Source: an uncultured Chloroflexia bacterium (GTDB taxonomy: Bacteria > Chloroflexota > Limnocylindria > Limnocylindrales > CSP1-4). From it: DNA of 64,000 nt. Below, piece after piece: positions 8,377 through 16,925 of the stretch; within the stretch, counting starts at the first letter, position 1; every line of letters starts with the position of its first letter. Under the pieces are notes generated by a model. That model saw only the letters and a program-made list of their open reading frames with translations. It did not search any database and was not told the origin of the DNA. The DNA lies in assembly GCA_963749705.1 (NCBI GenBank), contig CAVVNQ010000011.1:1-64000 (forward strand), given 5' to 3'. The position numbers and the translations under genes are program-made.

Positions 8377-10353
8377 ATGACGGACACACTCGAGGTCGGC
8401 CGCGAGGCCGTCGCTCGCCACCGCTGGAGCGAGGCGATCGAGGCCCTCACCGCCGCGGATCGCGATGGTGGCCTCGATGCTGCTGACCTCGAGCTGCTCG
8501 GCGCGGCGTTGTGGTGGATCGGTCATCCCGACGAATCGACGGAGACGCTCGAGCGCGCATTCAAGGCGCATCTCGCCGACGCGCAGTCGGCCCGGGCCGC
8601 CGGCGTCGCGCTCAATCTCGCCTACGGGGCGCTGCGCGGGCTCAACTGGCCGGTCGGCGGCGGCTGGCTCGCGCAGGCGGCGCGCCTGCTCAGGGACGAG
8701 CCCGAGTCGGGCCTGCATGCGGAGCTCGCGGTCTTCGGCGCGGTCGAGGCGCTCATGGGAGCGCGGATCGGCGAGGCCATCGAGGCGGCCGACCGGGCGA
8801 TCGAGATCGGCGAACGCCAGCACAGCCCCGACGCCATGTACCAGGCGATGAGCTTCAAGGGCATCGCGCTGGTCCAGAAGGGCGACGTCGAGGCCGGCAT
8901 GCGACTCATCGACGAGGCCGCGGCGGCGGCGGCATCGGGCCGGCTCGGGCTGCGCACCGCGAGCGACATCTACTGCAACACGATCGCGGCCTGCCGGGAT
9001 GTCGGAGACCTGGGCCGGGCGTCCCGGTGGACGACCGAGGGCGAGCGGTTCATGGAGCGCGAGGCCGTCGGCGGCTACCCGGGCGTGTGCCGGGTCCACC
9101 GGGCGGAGATGAAGATGCTGCACGGCCTGTGGACCGAGGCGGAGCAGGAGGCGCGGCTGGCCGGCGAGGAGCTGGAGCGCTTCCACCTCCTCGATGGGGT
9201 CGGGTATGCGAGCTACCAGGTCGGCGAGATCCGCCTGCGGATGGGCGACCTCGATGGCGCCGCGGACGCGTTCGACCGTGCGTACGAGTACGGCAGCGAT
9301 GTGATGCCCGGGCTGGCGCTCCTGCAGCTCGCTCGCGGCGAACTGGCCGAAGCCCGGAGATCGATCGATCGGGCGCTCGCGACCGCCGCAGGCGATGGCG
9401 GCGTCGCCGATCGTGCGATGCGCGGCCGGCTCCTCCCGGCACAGGTCGACATCGCCCTTGCCGGTGGTGACCTCGATGCGGCGCGGTCCGCCGTCGAGGA
9501 GCTCGAAGCGATCGCTGCCACCTTTGCCCGGCCGCTGTTCGAGGCCGGCGCGCTCACGGCCCGCGGCGAGCTCCTGCTGGGCGAGGCCCGGCCGAGCGAG
9601 GCCTCCCCGGTCCTGAGCCAGTCGTGGCGGCTGTGGCAGACGTCGGACCTGCCGCTCGAGAGTGCCCGGGCCCGGCTTCGCTATGCCGAGGCCCTGGCCG
9701 CCGAAGGCGACGCGGCGATGGCACGGCGCGACCTCATGGCGGCGCGGGCGGTGTTCGAACGGCTCGGGGCCAAGCTCGACCTGGAGCGGGTCGACGCCCT
9801 CCTCGAACGGAGCGGCTCGGTGCCCAGGACCGGTGGGAGCCGTGCGGCCGACCGCGTGACGCGGACGTTCATGTTCACCGACATCGTCACCTCGACCGAT
9901 CTGGTCGGGGTCATCGGCGACGAGGCGTGGAGCGAGCTGCTCCGCTGGCATGATCGCGAGCTTCGATCCGCCTTCGCCGATTACCGCGGCGATGAGGTCA
10001 CCCACACCGGCGATGGCTTCTTCGCCGCGTTCGAGCGGCCGGGCGACGGCATCGAGTGCGCCGTCGAGATCCAGCGCCGGCTGGCCCGCCATCGGCGCGA
10101 GCATGGTTTCGCGCTGTGGGTCCGGATCGGGCTGCACGCCGCCGAGGCGACGCGCGAGGGCCGGAACTTCAGCGGTCGCGGCGTCCACGTCGCGGCGCGG
10201 GTCGGCGCGGCCGCCGCCAGGGAGGAGATCCTCGTCACGCGCGCGGTCCTCGACAGCGCGGGCCACGTCCGGTTCCGGCTGTCCGAGCCACGCTCGCTGA
10301 AGCTCAAGGGCGTGCGCGAGCCGGTCGAGGCGGTGGCCGTCGACTGGCGCTAG
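8377..10353 (+). CDS. TPR-repeat protein with C-terminal class III adenylate/guanylate cyclase domain
   Basis: Helical repeats with YCNTIAAC and CRVHRAE, then FMFTDIVTST, TGDGFF, RIGLH, GRGVHVAARV, LKGV. Confidence 0.88.
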   Translation: MTDTLEVGREAVARHRWSEAIEALTAADRDGGLDAADLELLGAALWWIGHPDESTETLERAFKAHLADAQSARAAGVALNLAYGALRGLNWPVGGGWLAQAARLLRDEPESGLHAELAVFGAVEALMGARIGEAIEAADRAIEIGERQHSPDAMYQAMSFKGIALVQKGDVEAGMRLIDEAAAAAASGRLGLRTASDIYCNTIAACRDVGDLGRASRWTTEGERFMEREAVGGYPGVCRVHRAEMKMLHGLWTEAEQEARLAGEELERFHLLDGVGYASYQVGEIRLRMGDLDGAADAFDRAYEYGSDVMPGLALLQLARGELAEARRSIDRALATAAGDGGVADRAMRGRLLPAQVDIALAGGDLDAARSAVEELEAIAATFARPLFEAGALTARGELLLGEARPSEASPVLSQSWRLWQTSDLPLESARARLRYAEALAAEGDAAMARRDLMAARAVFERLGAKLDLERVDALLERSGSVPRTGGSRAADRVTRTFMFTDIVTSTDLVGVIGDEAWSELLRWHDRELRSAFADYRGDEVTHTGDGFFAAFERPGDGIECAVEIQRRLARHRREHGFALWVRIGLHAAEATREGRNFSGRGVHVAARVGAAAAREEILVTRAVLDSAGHVRFRLSEPRSLKLKGVREPVEAVAVDWR

Positions 10354-10416
10354 CAGGAGGCCATTCACCCGGCGGGAGGATCGCACGTCCGCCGGCGGCC
10401 ACGCAGGCCCGGCCCG

Positions 10417-11553
10417 CTACCGCTGGCTGCCCAGCGACGCCTCGAACAGCTCCCAGACGCCCGGCACGCCGCGCAGGCTGACCGTGCCGATCGATGCGAA
10501 GCCAAGGTCCGTGCCGGTCGCGAGGTCGCGCGCCGTCCGCGTCACGAGCACCTGCCCCGGTCCGGCGTGGCCGAGCACCCGGGCGGCGATGTGGACGCCG
10601 ATGCCGCCCAGCCCGCTCTCGCGTCGCTCGATCTCGCCGGCATGGATCCCGGCCCGGATCTCGATGCTCAGCTCACGCAGCTCGGACGCAAGCCCGAACG
10701 CACACCGCAGCGCACGCGTCGGGGCGTCGAACACCGCCATCGTGCCATCGCCGGTGAACTCCAGGTTGCGGCCCAGCCAGCGCTCGGTCTCGGCCTTGAC
10801 CACCGCGTGGTGCCGGTCCAGCAGCTTCTTCCACGCCCGGTCCCCCATCGCGGCGGCGCGGCCCGTCGAATCGACCACGTCCGTGAACAGGATGGCGCCG
10901 AGGATCCGGTCGACGTCCTGCGCCGCCTCGAACGACTGCACCTGCTCATTTGTCCACGCGTAGTCCTCGGCATACCGGCCCGACGGCGCCTCGGCCCTCG
11001 GCGCGTAGCTCAGCAGGACCACGCCTGAACCGAACGTCCGCGACCGCACGAGGCGCAGGTGCTGGGTGTCGATCCGGTCGCGGAACAGGTGCTTGCCGCT
11101 GCCGAGGATGACCGGGTACACGAGGATTCGGTACTCGTCGACGAGGCCGTCCCCGTGGAGCGTGTCGACCAGCCCGGGGCTGCCGTACACGACGAGCTCG
11201 CCGCCGGGCGTGGCCTTGAGCGCCTCCACCTGGTGTCGCACGTCGCCGCTGATGATGGTGGTATTGGCCCAGTCAGCCCGCGTCAACGTGTTCGAGACCA
11301 CGTACTTGGGCATCCCGTTGAGCCGCTCCGCAAGCGGTCCGGACATCGTCGGCCAGAACGCCGCCCAGGCCTGCCACGTGCGCCGCCCGAGCAGCAGGGC
11401 CTCGGCCTCGCCGACCTGCCAGTCGTTGTAGGCGAGGTCCTCGTCGTCCTGGACGTTGAGCGCCCAGGCGTTCCGCCCGTCGCGGTGCTCGTCGAACCCC
11501 GGGGCCTCCACCACGCCGTCGAGGGTCATGAACGCGGTCACGATGAGGCGCAT
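10417..11553 (-). CDS. DHFR-like (RibD_C) domain fused to a class III nucleotidyl cyclase
   Basis: N-terminal MTLDGVVEAPG, LLGRRTW, PKYVVS, LVDEY, PVILGSG; C-terminal LFTDVVDST, TGDG, RAGIHAGE, GIGVHIAARV. Confidence 0.88.
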   Translation of the reverse strand: MRLIVTAFMTLDGVVEAPGFDEHRDGRNAWALNVQDDEDLAYNDWQVGEAEALLLGRRTWQAWAAFWPTMSGPLAERLNGMPKYVVSNTLTRADWANTTIISGDVRHQVEALKATPGGELVVYGSPGLVDTLHGDGLVDEYRILVYPVILGSGKHLFRDRIDTQHLRLVRSRTFGSGVVLLSYAPRAEAPSGRYAEDYAWTNEQVQSFEAAQDVDRILGAILFTDVVDSTGRAAAMGDRAWKKLLDRHHAVVKAETERWLGRNLEFTGDGTMAVFDAPTRALRCAFGLASELRELSIEIRAGIHAGEIERRESGLGGIGVHIAARVLGHAGPGQVLVTRTARDLATGTDLGFASIGTVSLRGVPGVWELFEASLGSQR

Positions 11554-11580
11554 GTTCGAAGGGTACTGCCGCGCTTGCCC
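11463..11580. repeat. Copy 1 of ~118-bp direct repeat (5' end and -10 element of the DHFR-cyclase gene)
   Basis: Aligns by eye with 13607..13725 with few mismatches. Confidence 0.9.
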
Positions 11581-11623
11581 TGGGTGGACCATTCCAGCCA
11601 CAGACCGTAGCCTTGGGAGCACG

Positions 11624-11953
11624 ATGTCTGCGCGGAACCCTGCGAATGCCCCGGTGACCCTCGGCTCGCTGCTCCGGCAGCCGGCCGCCTACCTGCCCGT
11701 GGCCATGTCGATCGGCGCGCTCGCGATGATCGCCTGGTACGTCGCGGTCCACGGCGTCGTGCAACAGGCCGATGAGGGCGCCCAGGTCCACCTGTGGCAG
11801 CTCCTCGTCGCCGGGCAGGTTCCGTTCATCGCCTGGTTCGCGGTCAGATGGCTGCCGGGCTCAGCTCGTCCGGCGCTCGCCGTCCTCGCCCTGCAGGCGG
11901 CGGCGCTGATCCTGCTGGCGATCGCACCGTTGTGGGTGCTCGGCGGGCTGTAG
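11624..11953 (+). CDS. Small hypothetical membrane protein (about 3 TM)
   Basis: GGGAG SD; hydrophobic segments and ADEGAQVHLWQLLVAGQVP. Confidence 0.75.
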   Translation: MSARNPANAPVTLGSLLRQPAAYLPVAMSIGALAMIAWYVAVHGVVQQADEGAQVHLWQLLVAGQVPFIAWFAVRWLPGSARPALAVLALQAAALILLAIAPLWVLGGL

Positions 11954-11991
11954 GCCGCGGGCCAGCGGGGAGTCGAACCTGCATCGAGCGA

Positions 11992-13275
11992 TCAGCTCGT
12001 CGGCACGATGATGACCCACTTGTGGAACCAGGCCTTGTTGTAGGTCGCCGTCGCATCGTGCTGCAGATACCAGCCGAAGTCGAAGCTGGCGACCGACGAT
12101 GAGCGATGTTTGCCAACCGTGGCACCACTCGTGTAGGGATCCGATGTGTAGATCGAATTGAGCGTGAATGGACCCACCGCGGGGTCTCCGGTTGCGATGT
12201 ATCCGGTCATCACGATCGCGTGGCCGCCATTCCAGACGACGAGGCCCACCGACTTGCCGTACTTCGCGATGGCGACCGCGGCCGCATTGAGCGCGAGGGT
12301 CTTGGACGAATAGGCCTTCCACGCGTAGGTCGTCGGGGCGCCGGCTGCGGCCGAGAAGTGCGTTGCCGCCAGCGACCATCCGAGAGGATCTGACCCGTGT
12401 TGGACGCTGTCCTTCAGTGCATCGCGCGGCTGCTCGTATCGGAGGATCGTCATCTGGTTCAGCTTCAGATCCTTCCGGACGAGGAAGTTCATCATCATCG
12501 CGGTGGACGCAGCCGTGCATGTCCGTCCGTCGATCTGCTGCTCGTAGCCGGCAGCGAAGTAGACGTCCTTCTTGAAGGTTGTCACCTCGGGGGTCGGCGT
12601 TGCGACCGGTTGCGGCGTTGGGGTCGGCGGCGCCACGGGAGGCGGTGTGGCGGTCGGCGTTGCGACCGGTTGCGCGGTTGGAGTCGGCGCCAACACCGGT
12701 TGCGGCGTTGGGGTTGGCGCCACGACCGGTTGCGCGGTTGGGGTTGGCTGAACGGTCGGCCGCGGTGTCGGTGTTGCCTTTACGACCGGCTTCGGTGTCG
12801 CGGTCGCCTTCGGCTTCACGACCGGCTTGGGCGTCGGCTTGGGCGTGGCCTTCACGACCGGCTTCGGTGTCGCGGTCGCCTTCGGCTTCACGACCGGCTT
12901 GGGCGTGGCCTTCACGACTGCCTTGGGCGTCGGCTTGGGCGTCACCGTCGGCTTCGGCATCGCGGTCGGCGCCGGCGTCTCGATCTGCGTCAGCCCTGCG
13001 GTCGACAGCGCTGTTGGCTCGACCGTCGGCGGCGCGGTCGGCGCCGGGGACGCAGGCGACAACGGCCTGATGACCGGATCGACCACGGGCGCAATCCCCG
13101 GCTCCGAGGGCAGGGCGCCGCCCTGCGTCGCGCTCGAGACCGCGCTCAGTGAGGGGGCTGCGACAAGGTTGACGGCGAGCGCCGCGCCGGACCCCGCGGC
13201 GAGCAGGACCGCTGCACCGACAATGAGGGCATACGTCCTGCGACTGATGCCGCGGCCACTGATCCCCTTGGGCAT
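11992..13275 (-). CDS. Secreted or anchored protein with Pro/Thr/Lys-rich stalk and C39-like cysteine peptidase domain
   Basis: Hydrophobic N-terminal segment, TPKPVVK and PTPTAQPV repeats, C-terminal QQIDGRTCTAAS...GHAIVMTGY...SDPY; start uncertain. Confidence 0.7.
   Translation of the reverse strand: MPKGISGRGISRRTYALIVGAAVLLAAGSGAALAVNLVAAPSLSAVSSATQGGALPSEPGIAPVVDPVIRPLSPASPAPTAPPTVEPTALSTAGLTQIETPAPTAMPKPTVTPKPTPKAVVKATPKPVVKPKATATPKPVVKATPKPTPKPVVKPKATATPKPVVKATPTPRPTVQPTPTAQPVVAPTPTPQPVLAPTPTAQPVATPTATPPPVAPPTPTPQPVATPTPEVTTFKKDVYFAAGYEQQIDGRTCTAASTAMMMNFLVRKDLKLNQMTILRYEQPRDALKDSVQHGSDPLGWSLAATHFSAAAGAPTTYAWKAYSSKTLALNAAAVAIAKYGKSVGLVVWNGGHAIVMTGYIATGDPAVGPFTLNSIYTSDPYTSGATVGKHRSSSVASFDFGWYLQHDATATYNKAWFHKWVIIVPTS
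12585..12965 (-). repeat. Intragenic tandem repeats encoding the Pro/Thr/Lys stalk
   Basis: Repeated units such as cttcacgaccggcttcggtgtcgcggtcgcc and gcgaccggttgcg. Confidence 0.85.
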
Positions 13276-13565
13276 CGGGTCGAGCCACTTCTCTCTGTCG
13301 GGCGGTCCCGACACTGCGATCCGTGCGTCGTGGGTGAGTTCCGGCGGTGATCGAGCACGCTCGTCATGACCATCCGGTGGTCCACGCACGGCCGACGACG
13401 CCTTCTCGAGCCTGACGCGAGGGGGACGTGGTCAGCGAAGTGGTATCGGCCTTGGCCCGACTATCTGCCGGCGACCACGCATGGGCAATGCAGACAGCCC
13501 GGCATTCGGCTGGTCGGGAGCGGCATTCGTCCTCCCCACGATCGGTCGAGCGCAGCGCGGAGTGG

Positions 13566-13697
13566 TTAGCGCGGGTTGACTAGCGCACGGCCAATCTGCG
13601 GGCGATCCCAGGCGTTCCGCCCGTCGCGGTGCTCGTCGAACCCGGGAGCCTCCACCACGCCGTCCAGGGTCATGAACGCGGTCACGACCAGGCGCAT
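13566..13697 (-). pseudogene. Truncated second copy of the DHFR-cyclase N-terminus
   Basis: MRLVVTAFMTLDGVVEAPGFDEHRDGRNAW then 13 unrelated codons and TAA. Confidence 0.85.
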
Positions 13698-13914
13698 TTT
13701 CGAAGGGTAGCTGCCGCGCTAGCCCACCTGACGCCCTCGCTCGTCGTGTTGTCGGCCCGACGCTTCGCCGCACGCGTCATGCGGTCCCCGCCGGGACGGC
13801 ATAGGCCAAATGGGTGCTTGTTCGCCATTCGCCGTCCCCATAGGGTTGACCGGGCCGAGAACCAATCGCGCTCCGGGGTGCGTGACCGGTTCGGCCGGCT
13901 CGCCGAGGGGGTAC

Positions 13915-16188
13915 TTGACCATTCAGCCGGCAGCAACCCCAATCCCTGGGGCCAGGCCCGATCAGCAGGGCGCGATCCGGCGCCGGCTCCACGCTCGTGC
14001 CGCCGTCGGCGGGACGCACCTGGTGCTCCGGTTCGCCATCATCGCGACCGCTGTGGCCGCGGCCTTGGCCATCGTGGGCGGCCAGGCCGCCCTGTTCTTC
14101 GACGATCTCCAGGAGCTCCTGGCCGCCGGTGGCGCAACCCTCAGCCTCAGCCTGGCAGTCCGGCGCGAGCGCCGCCTGGGCCGCTGGATCATGACGGCGC
14201 TGGCACTGTCGATGGCTCTTGCCACCCTGGGCATGGTCGCCTGGGACGTGTCGCCGGCCGGCGACACGGTGCTGCCAGAGCTGGGCGACGTGCTGTTCAT
14301 CCTGGCCGTGGTGGTGGGCATTGCTGCAATCGCGCCCACGATCTTCGGCGGCCTCAAGCGGGGCCTCGCGGCCGGGATCGCCACCGACGCCCTCATCCTG
14401 TTCCTGGCCGGCGTCGCCCTCGTCGCGTCCACGGCAGATCCAGACCTGAGCGATGACCGGACCGGGTTCTTCGGGGTCGTCCTGCTGGTCGCCGCGACCG
14501 CCGCATGCGCGTTCGCATTGATCGGCCGCCGAATTCGGCCGACGTGGGGAGGCCCATGGACCCTGCTGACGGGCGCCGCCATCCTGAGTTCGTCGTGGAT
14601 GGTGTGGGCAATCGACCCCGCTGCGCCATCGACCGTGGGCCCGTCCGACTTCATGTTCAGCGGCGGGGTCCTGCTGATCGCCTTCGGAGGGGTGACCTGG
14701 AGGACCCGTGCGACATTCAGCGCGAGGTACGAACGGGTCGCGCCGATCCTGGTCACCGTCATCCCGGTGTCGGCGGTCCTGGCAAGCCTGGCGACCGCGA
14801 CGATCTACCTCGGTGCCGCCGCGCAAAATCTCGTCGCCATCGCCACGGCTGCGGTGATCGTGACCGCCGTCGCACGGCAGGTCCACCTCTATGTCCGGGA
14901 AGCGCGGGCACTCGAGGCGGAGCGTCAAGCCCGTCTCAACCTTGCCGCCGAAGTCCGCGAGCGTGCAGCCACGCTGTTCTCCATCCAGCGCCTTGCGCCC
15001 GGCGAGAGCATCGAGGGCACCGCGCGTGAGATCTGCCGCGAAGCGCTCGCGCTCGACGACATCGATGTCGCGATCATCCGGGTCTACGGCCCTGACGGCA
15101 GCGTGGTACCGCTCGCGGTGGAGGGTCTCGGATCCGGCGCCGCCGAGCTCATTGGGCGTCCGCTGACGATGGCTCATGCCGCTCGGGTCAGGGCACGCGC
15201 GGCCGACGGCCTGTGGGAGCGGACCTGGGAGCAGACCAGCAATCCCTACCAGGAGCTGCTGCGGGATCTCGGCGTCCGCCAGACGGTCAACGCCGCGCTG
15301 CGCTGGAACGACCTCATCATCGGCGACATCGGACTCGGGACGTGCACGCCGCAGTCGGCGGCGTCCCTTTCGGATCGGCTCGCGACAGTCAAGGAATTCG
15401 CGGTCGTCACGTCGGCGCTCCTCGGTCCCGCCGTCGCGGAGCGGGACCATGCGGAGGCTGTGCGTCGGGCCATCAGCGATGTCATCAGGACCCGCTCGTT
15501 CCACCCGGTGTTCCAGCCGATTGTCGAGCTCGCATCGCGCCGCATCGTCGGCTATGAGGCCCTCACCCGGTTCGAGGCGGGTCAGCGGCCCGACGTATGT
15601 TTCGCCGATGCCTGGTCGGTGGGTCTTGGCTCCGATCTCGAGCTGGCGACGCTGACCGCAGCGGTGGACGCGGCTCAGGGTCTGCCGGCAGGCGCTTCCC
15701 TCAGCCTCAACATCTCACCCAGGCTGGTCGCGCATGCCCAGCGACTGCGGCCCATCCTGGCCGTCGCCGATCGGCCCCTGATCGTCGAGATCACCGAGCA
15801 CGAGACGATCGACGACTACGACGGGCTCCGTCACGCGATCGAAGGCCTCGGAACCCACATCCGCGTCGCGGTCGACGACGCCGGCGCCGGCGTCGCCAAC
15901 CTCGGACACATCATCGACCTGCGACCGGACTTCGTGAAGCTGGACATCAGCCTTGTCCGGGGGGTCAACGCCGATCTTGGCCGTCAGGCCATGGTCGTCG
16001 GCATGCGCCACTTCTCCAAGACGGCCGGTTGCCGGCTGATCGCGGAAGGCGTGGAAACGGTCGAGGAGGCGGACACGCTCACGTCGCTGGGCGTCGAGTT
16101 CGGCCAGGGCTACCTGCTCGGGCGCCCCGAGCCGATCGACGCTGGCATGCCGTTGGTCGAGAAAGCGGTGCGGCCGATCCCCATGTAG
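13915..16188 (+). CDS. Multi-TM sensor, GAF and EAL c-di-GMP phosphodiesterase
   Basis: TTG start after GAGGGGG; hydrophobic N-terminal half; FQPIV, GYEALTR, VEITE, DDAGAG, VKLD, AEGVE, QGY; no GGDEF seen. Confidence 0.88.
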   Translation: MTIQPAATPIPGARPDQQGAIRRRLHARAAVGGTHLVLRFAIIATAVAAALAIVGGQAALFFDDLQELLAAGGATLSLSLAVRRERRLGRWIMTALALSMALATLGMVAWDVSPAGDTVLPELGDVLFILAVVVGIAAIAPTIFGGLKRGLAAGIATDALILFLAGVALVASTADPDLSDDRTGFFGVVLLVAATAACAFALIGRRIRPTWGGPWTLLTGAAILSSSWMVWAIDPAAPSTVGPSDFMFSGGVLLIAFGGVTWRTRATFSARYERVAPILVTVIPVSAVLASLATATIYLGAAAQNLVAIATAAVIVTAVARQVHLYVREARALEAERQARLNLAAEVRERAATLFSIQRLAPGESIEGTAREICREALALDDIDVAIIRVYGPDGSVVPLAVEGLGSGAAELIGRPLTMAHAARVRARAADGLWERTWEQTSNPYQELLRDLGVRQTVNAALRWNDLIIGDIGLGTCTPQSAASLSDRLATVKEFAVVTSALLGPAVAERDHAEAVRRAISDVIRTRSFHPVFQPIVELASRRIVGYEALTRFEAGQRPDVCFADAWSVGLGSDLELATLTAAVDAAQGLPAGASLSLNISPRLVAHAQRLRPILAVADRPLIVEITEHETIDDYDGLRHAIEGLGTHIRVAVDDAGAGVANLGHIIDLRPDFVKLDISLVRGVNADLGRQAMVVGMRHFSKTAGCRLIAEGVETVEEADTLTSLGVEFGQGYLLGRPEPIDAGMPLVEKAVRPIPM

Positions 16189-16210
16189 GGCTGGGCATCG
16201 CCGGCCCATG

Positions 16211-16246
16211 GGCGATCGGCCCGTTGTGGGTGCTCAGCGGCTGCAG
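16211..16246 (+). repeat. Degenerate copy of the 3' end of the 11624..11953 gene
   Basis: ggcgatcggcccgttgtgggtgctcagcggctgcag versus ggcgatcgcaccgttgtgggtgctcggcgggctgtag at 11917..11953. Confidence 0.7.
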
Positions 16247-16254
16247 CTGCAGTG

Positions 16255-16779
16255 CTAGCGCGAGCCGTGGAGCGGATGGCGGACCGGGCTGCCGAGACCT
16301 CGCAGGCCCAGCACGCCGAGCCCGACCGCGATCCCGATGATGGCCAGCAGCGCGCGGATCTCGGGCGCGTAGCCCAGCCCGAGCAATCCGTCGACGCTGA
16401 CGCTTCCGGCCGACATAAGGCCGACGGCCATCGCGGCCGCACCGAGGACGAGTGGGAACTCCATGCCGCCCTGCTTGGAGAAGAAGCCGTGTGGCAGGTG
16501 GACCTGGACGATGATCACGACCGCCTGGCCGACGACCACGGCGGCGGCCACCGGCGTCAGGAAACCGAGGGCCAGCGCCACCCCGGCCACGAGCTCGACC
16601 TCGATCGAGGCGGCGGCGAACAGCGCCGGCGGGTGGAAGCCCATCGCGTGGACGGCCCGGAGCCAGTTCGCGGGGCCCGGGCCGCCCCACCAGCCGAAGG
16701 CTTTCTGGGCACCGTGCGCCGCGAAGGTGAGGCCGACGGCGAGCCGAAGGATGAGGAGCGCGAGATCGACAGCGGTCAT
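16255..16779 (-). CDS. DoxX family membrane protein
   Basis: LRLAVGLTFAAHGAQKAFGW, ELVAG, GGMEFP. Confidence 0.92.
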   Translation of the reverse strand: MTAVDLALLILRLAVGLTFAAHGAQKAFGWWGGPGPANWLRAVHAMGFHPPALFAAASIEVELVAGVALALGFLTPVAAAVVVGQAVVIIVQVHLPHGFFSKQGGMEFPLVLGAAAMAVGLMSAGSVSVDGLLGLGYAPEIRALLAIIGIAVGLGVLGLRGLGSPVRHPLHGSR

Positions 16780-16925
16780 GTTCAGGTCCAGTGCGTGCTC
16801 ACACGACGTGAGCGAAGGTTCACTGTCCTGGACCGTACCCCCGCCACCATTGATTCAGCGCCGCACGCGGCCCTGCCGGGGGTATCAACTTCAAACCATC
16901 GACACGGTCCGATCCGTGCGCGCGG

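Noticed and set aside
7276-10386. 1036-aa minus-strand ORF, and similar long ORFs such as 29929..33375, 21460..23421 and 35381..37831
   Set aside because: Antisense or alternate-frame shadows of well-supported genes; Arg/Pro/Gly-rich, no motifs, expected at this GC content
13726-13914. c-di-GMP riboswitch before the EAL gene
   Set aside because: Characteristic class I and class II motifs not found by eye
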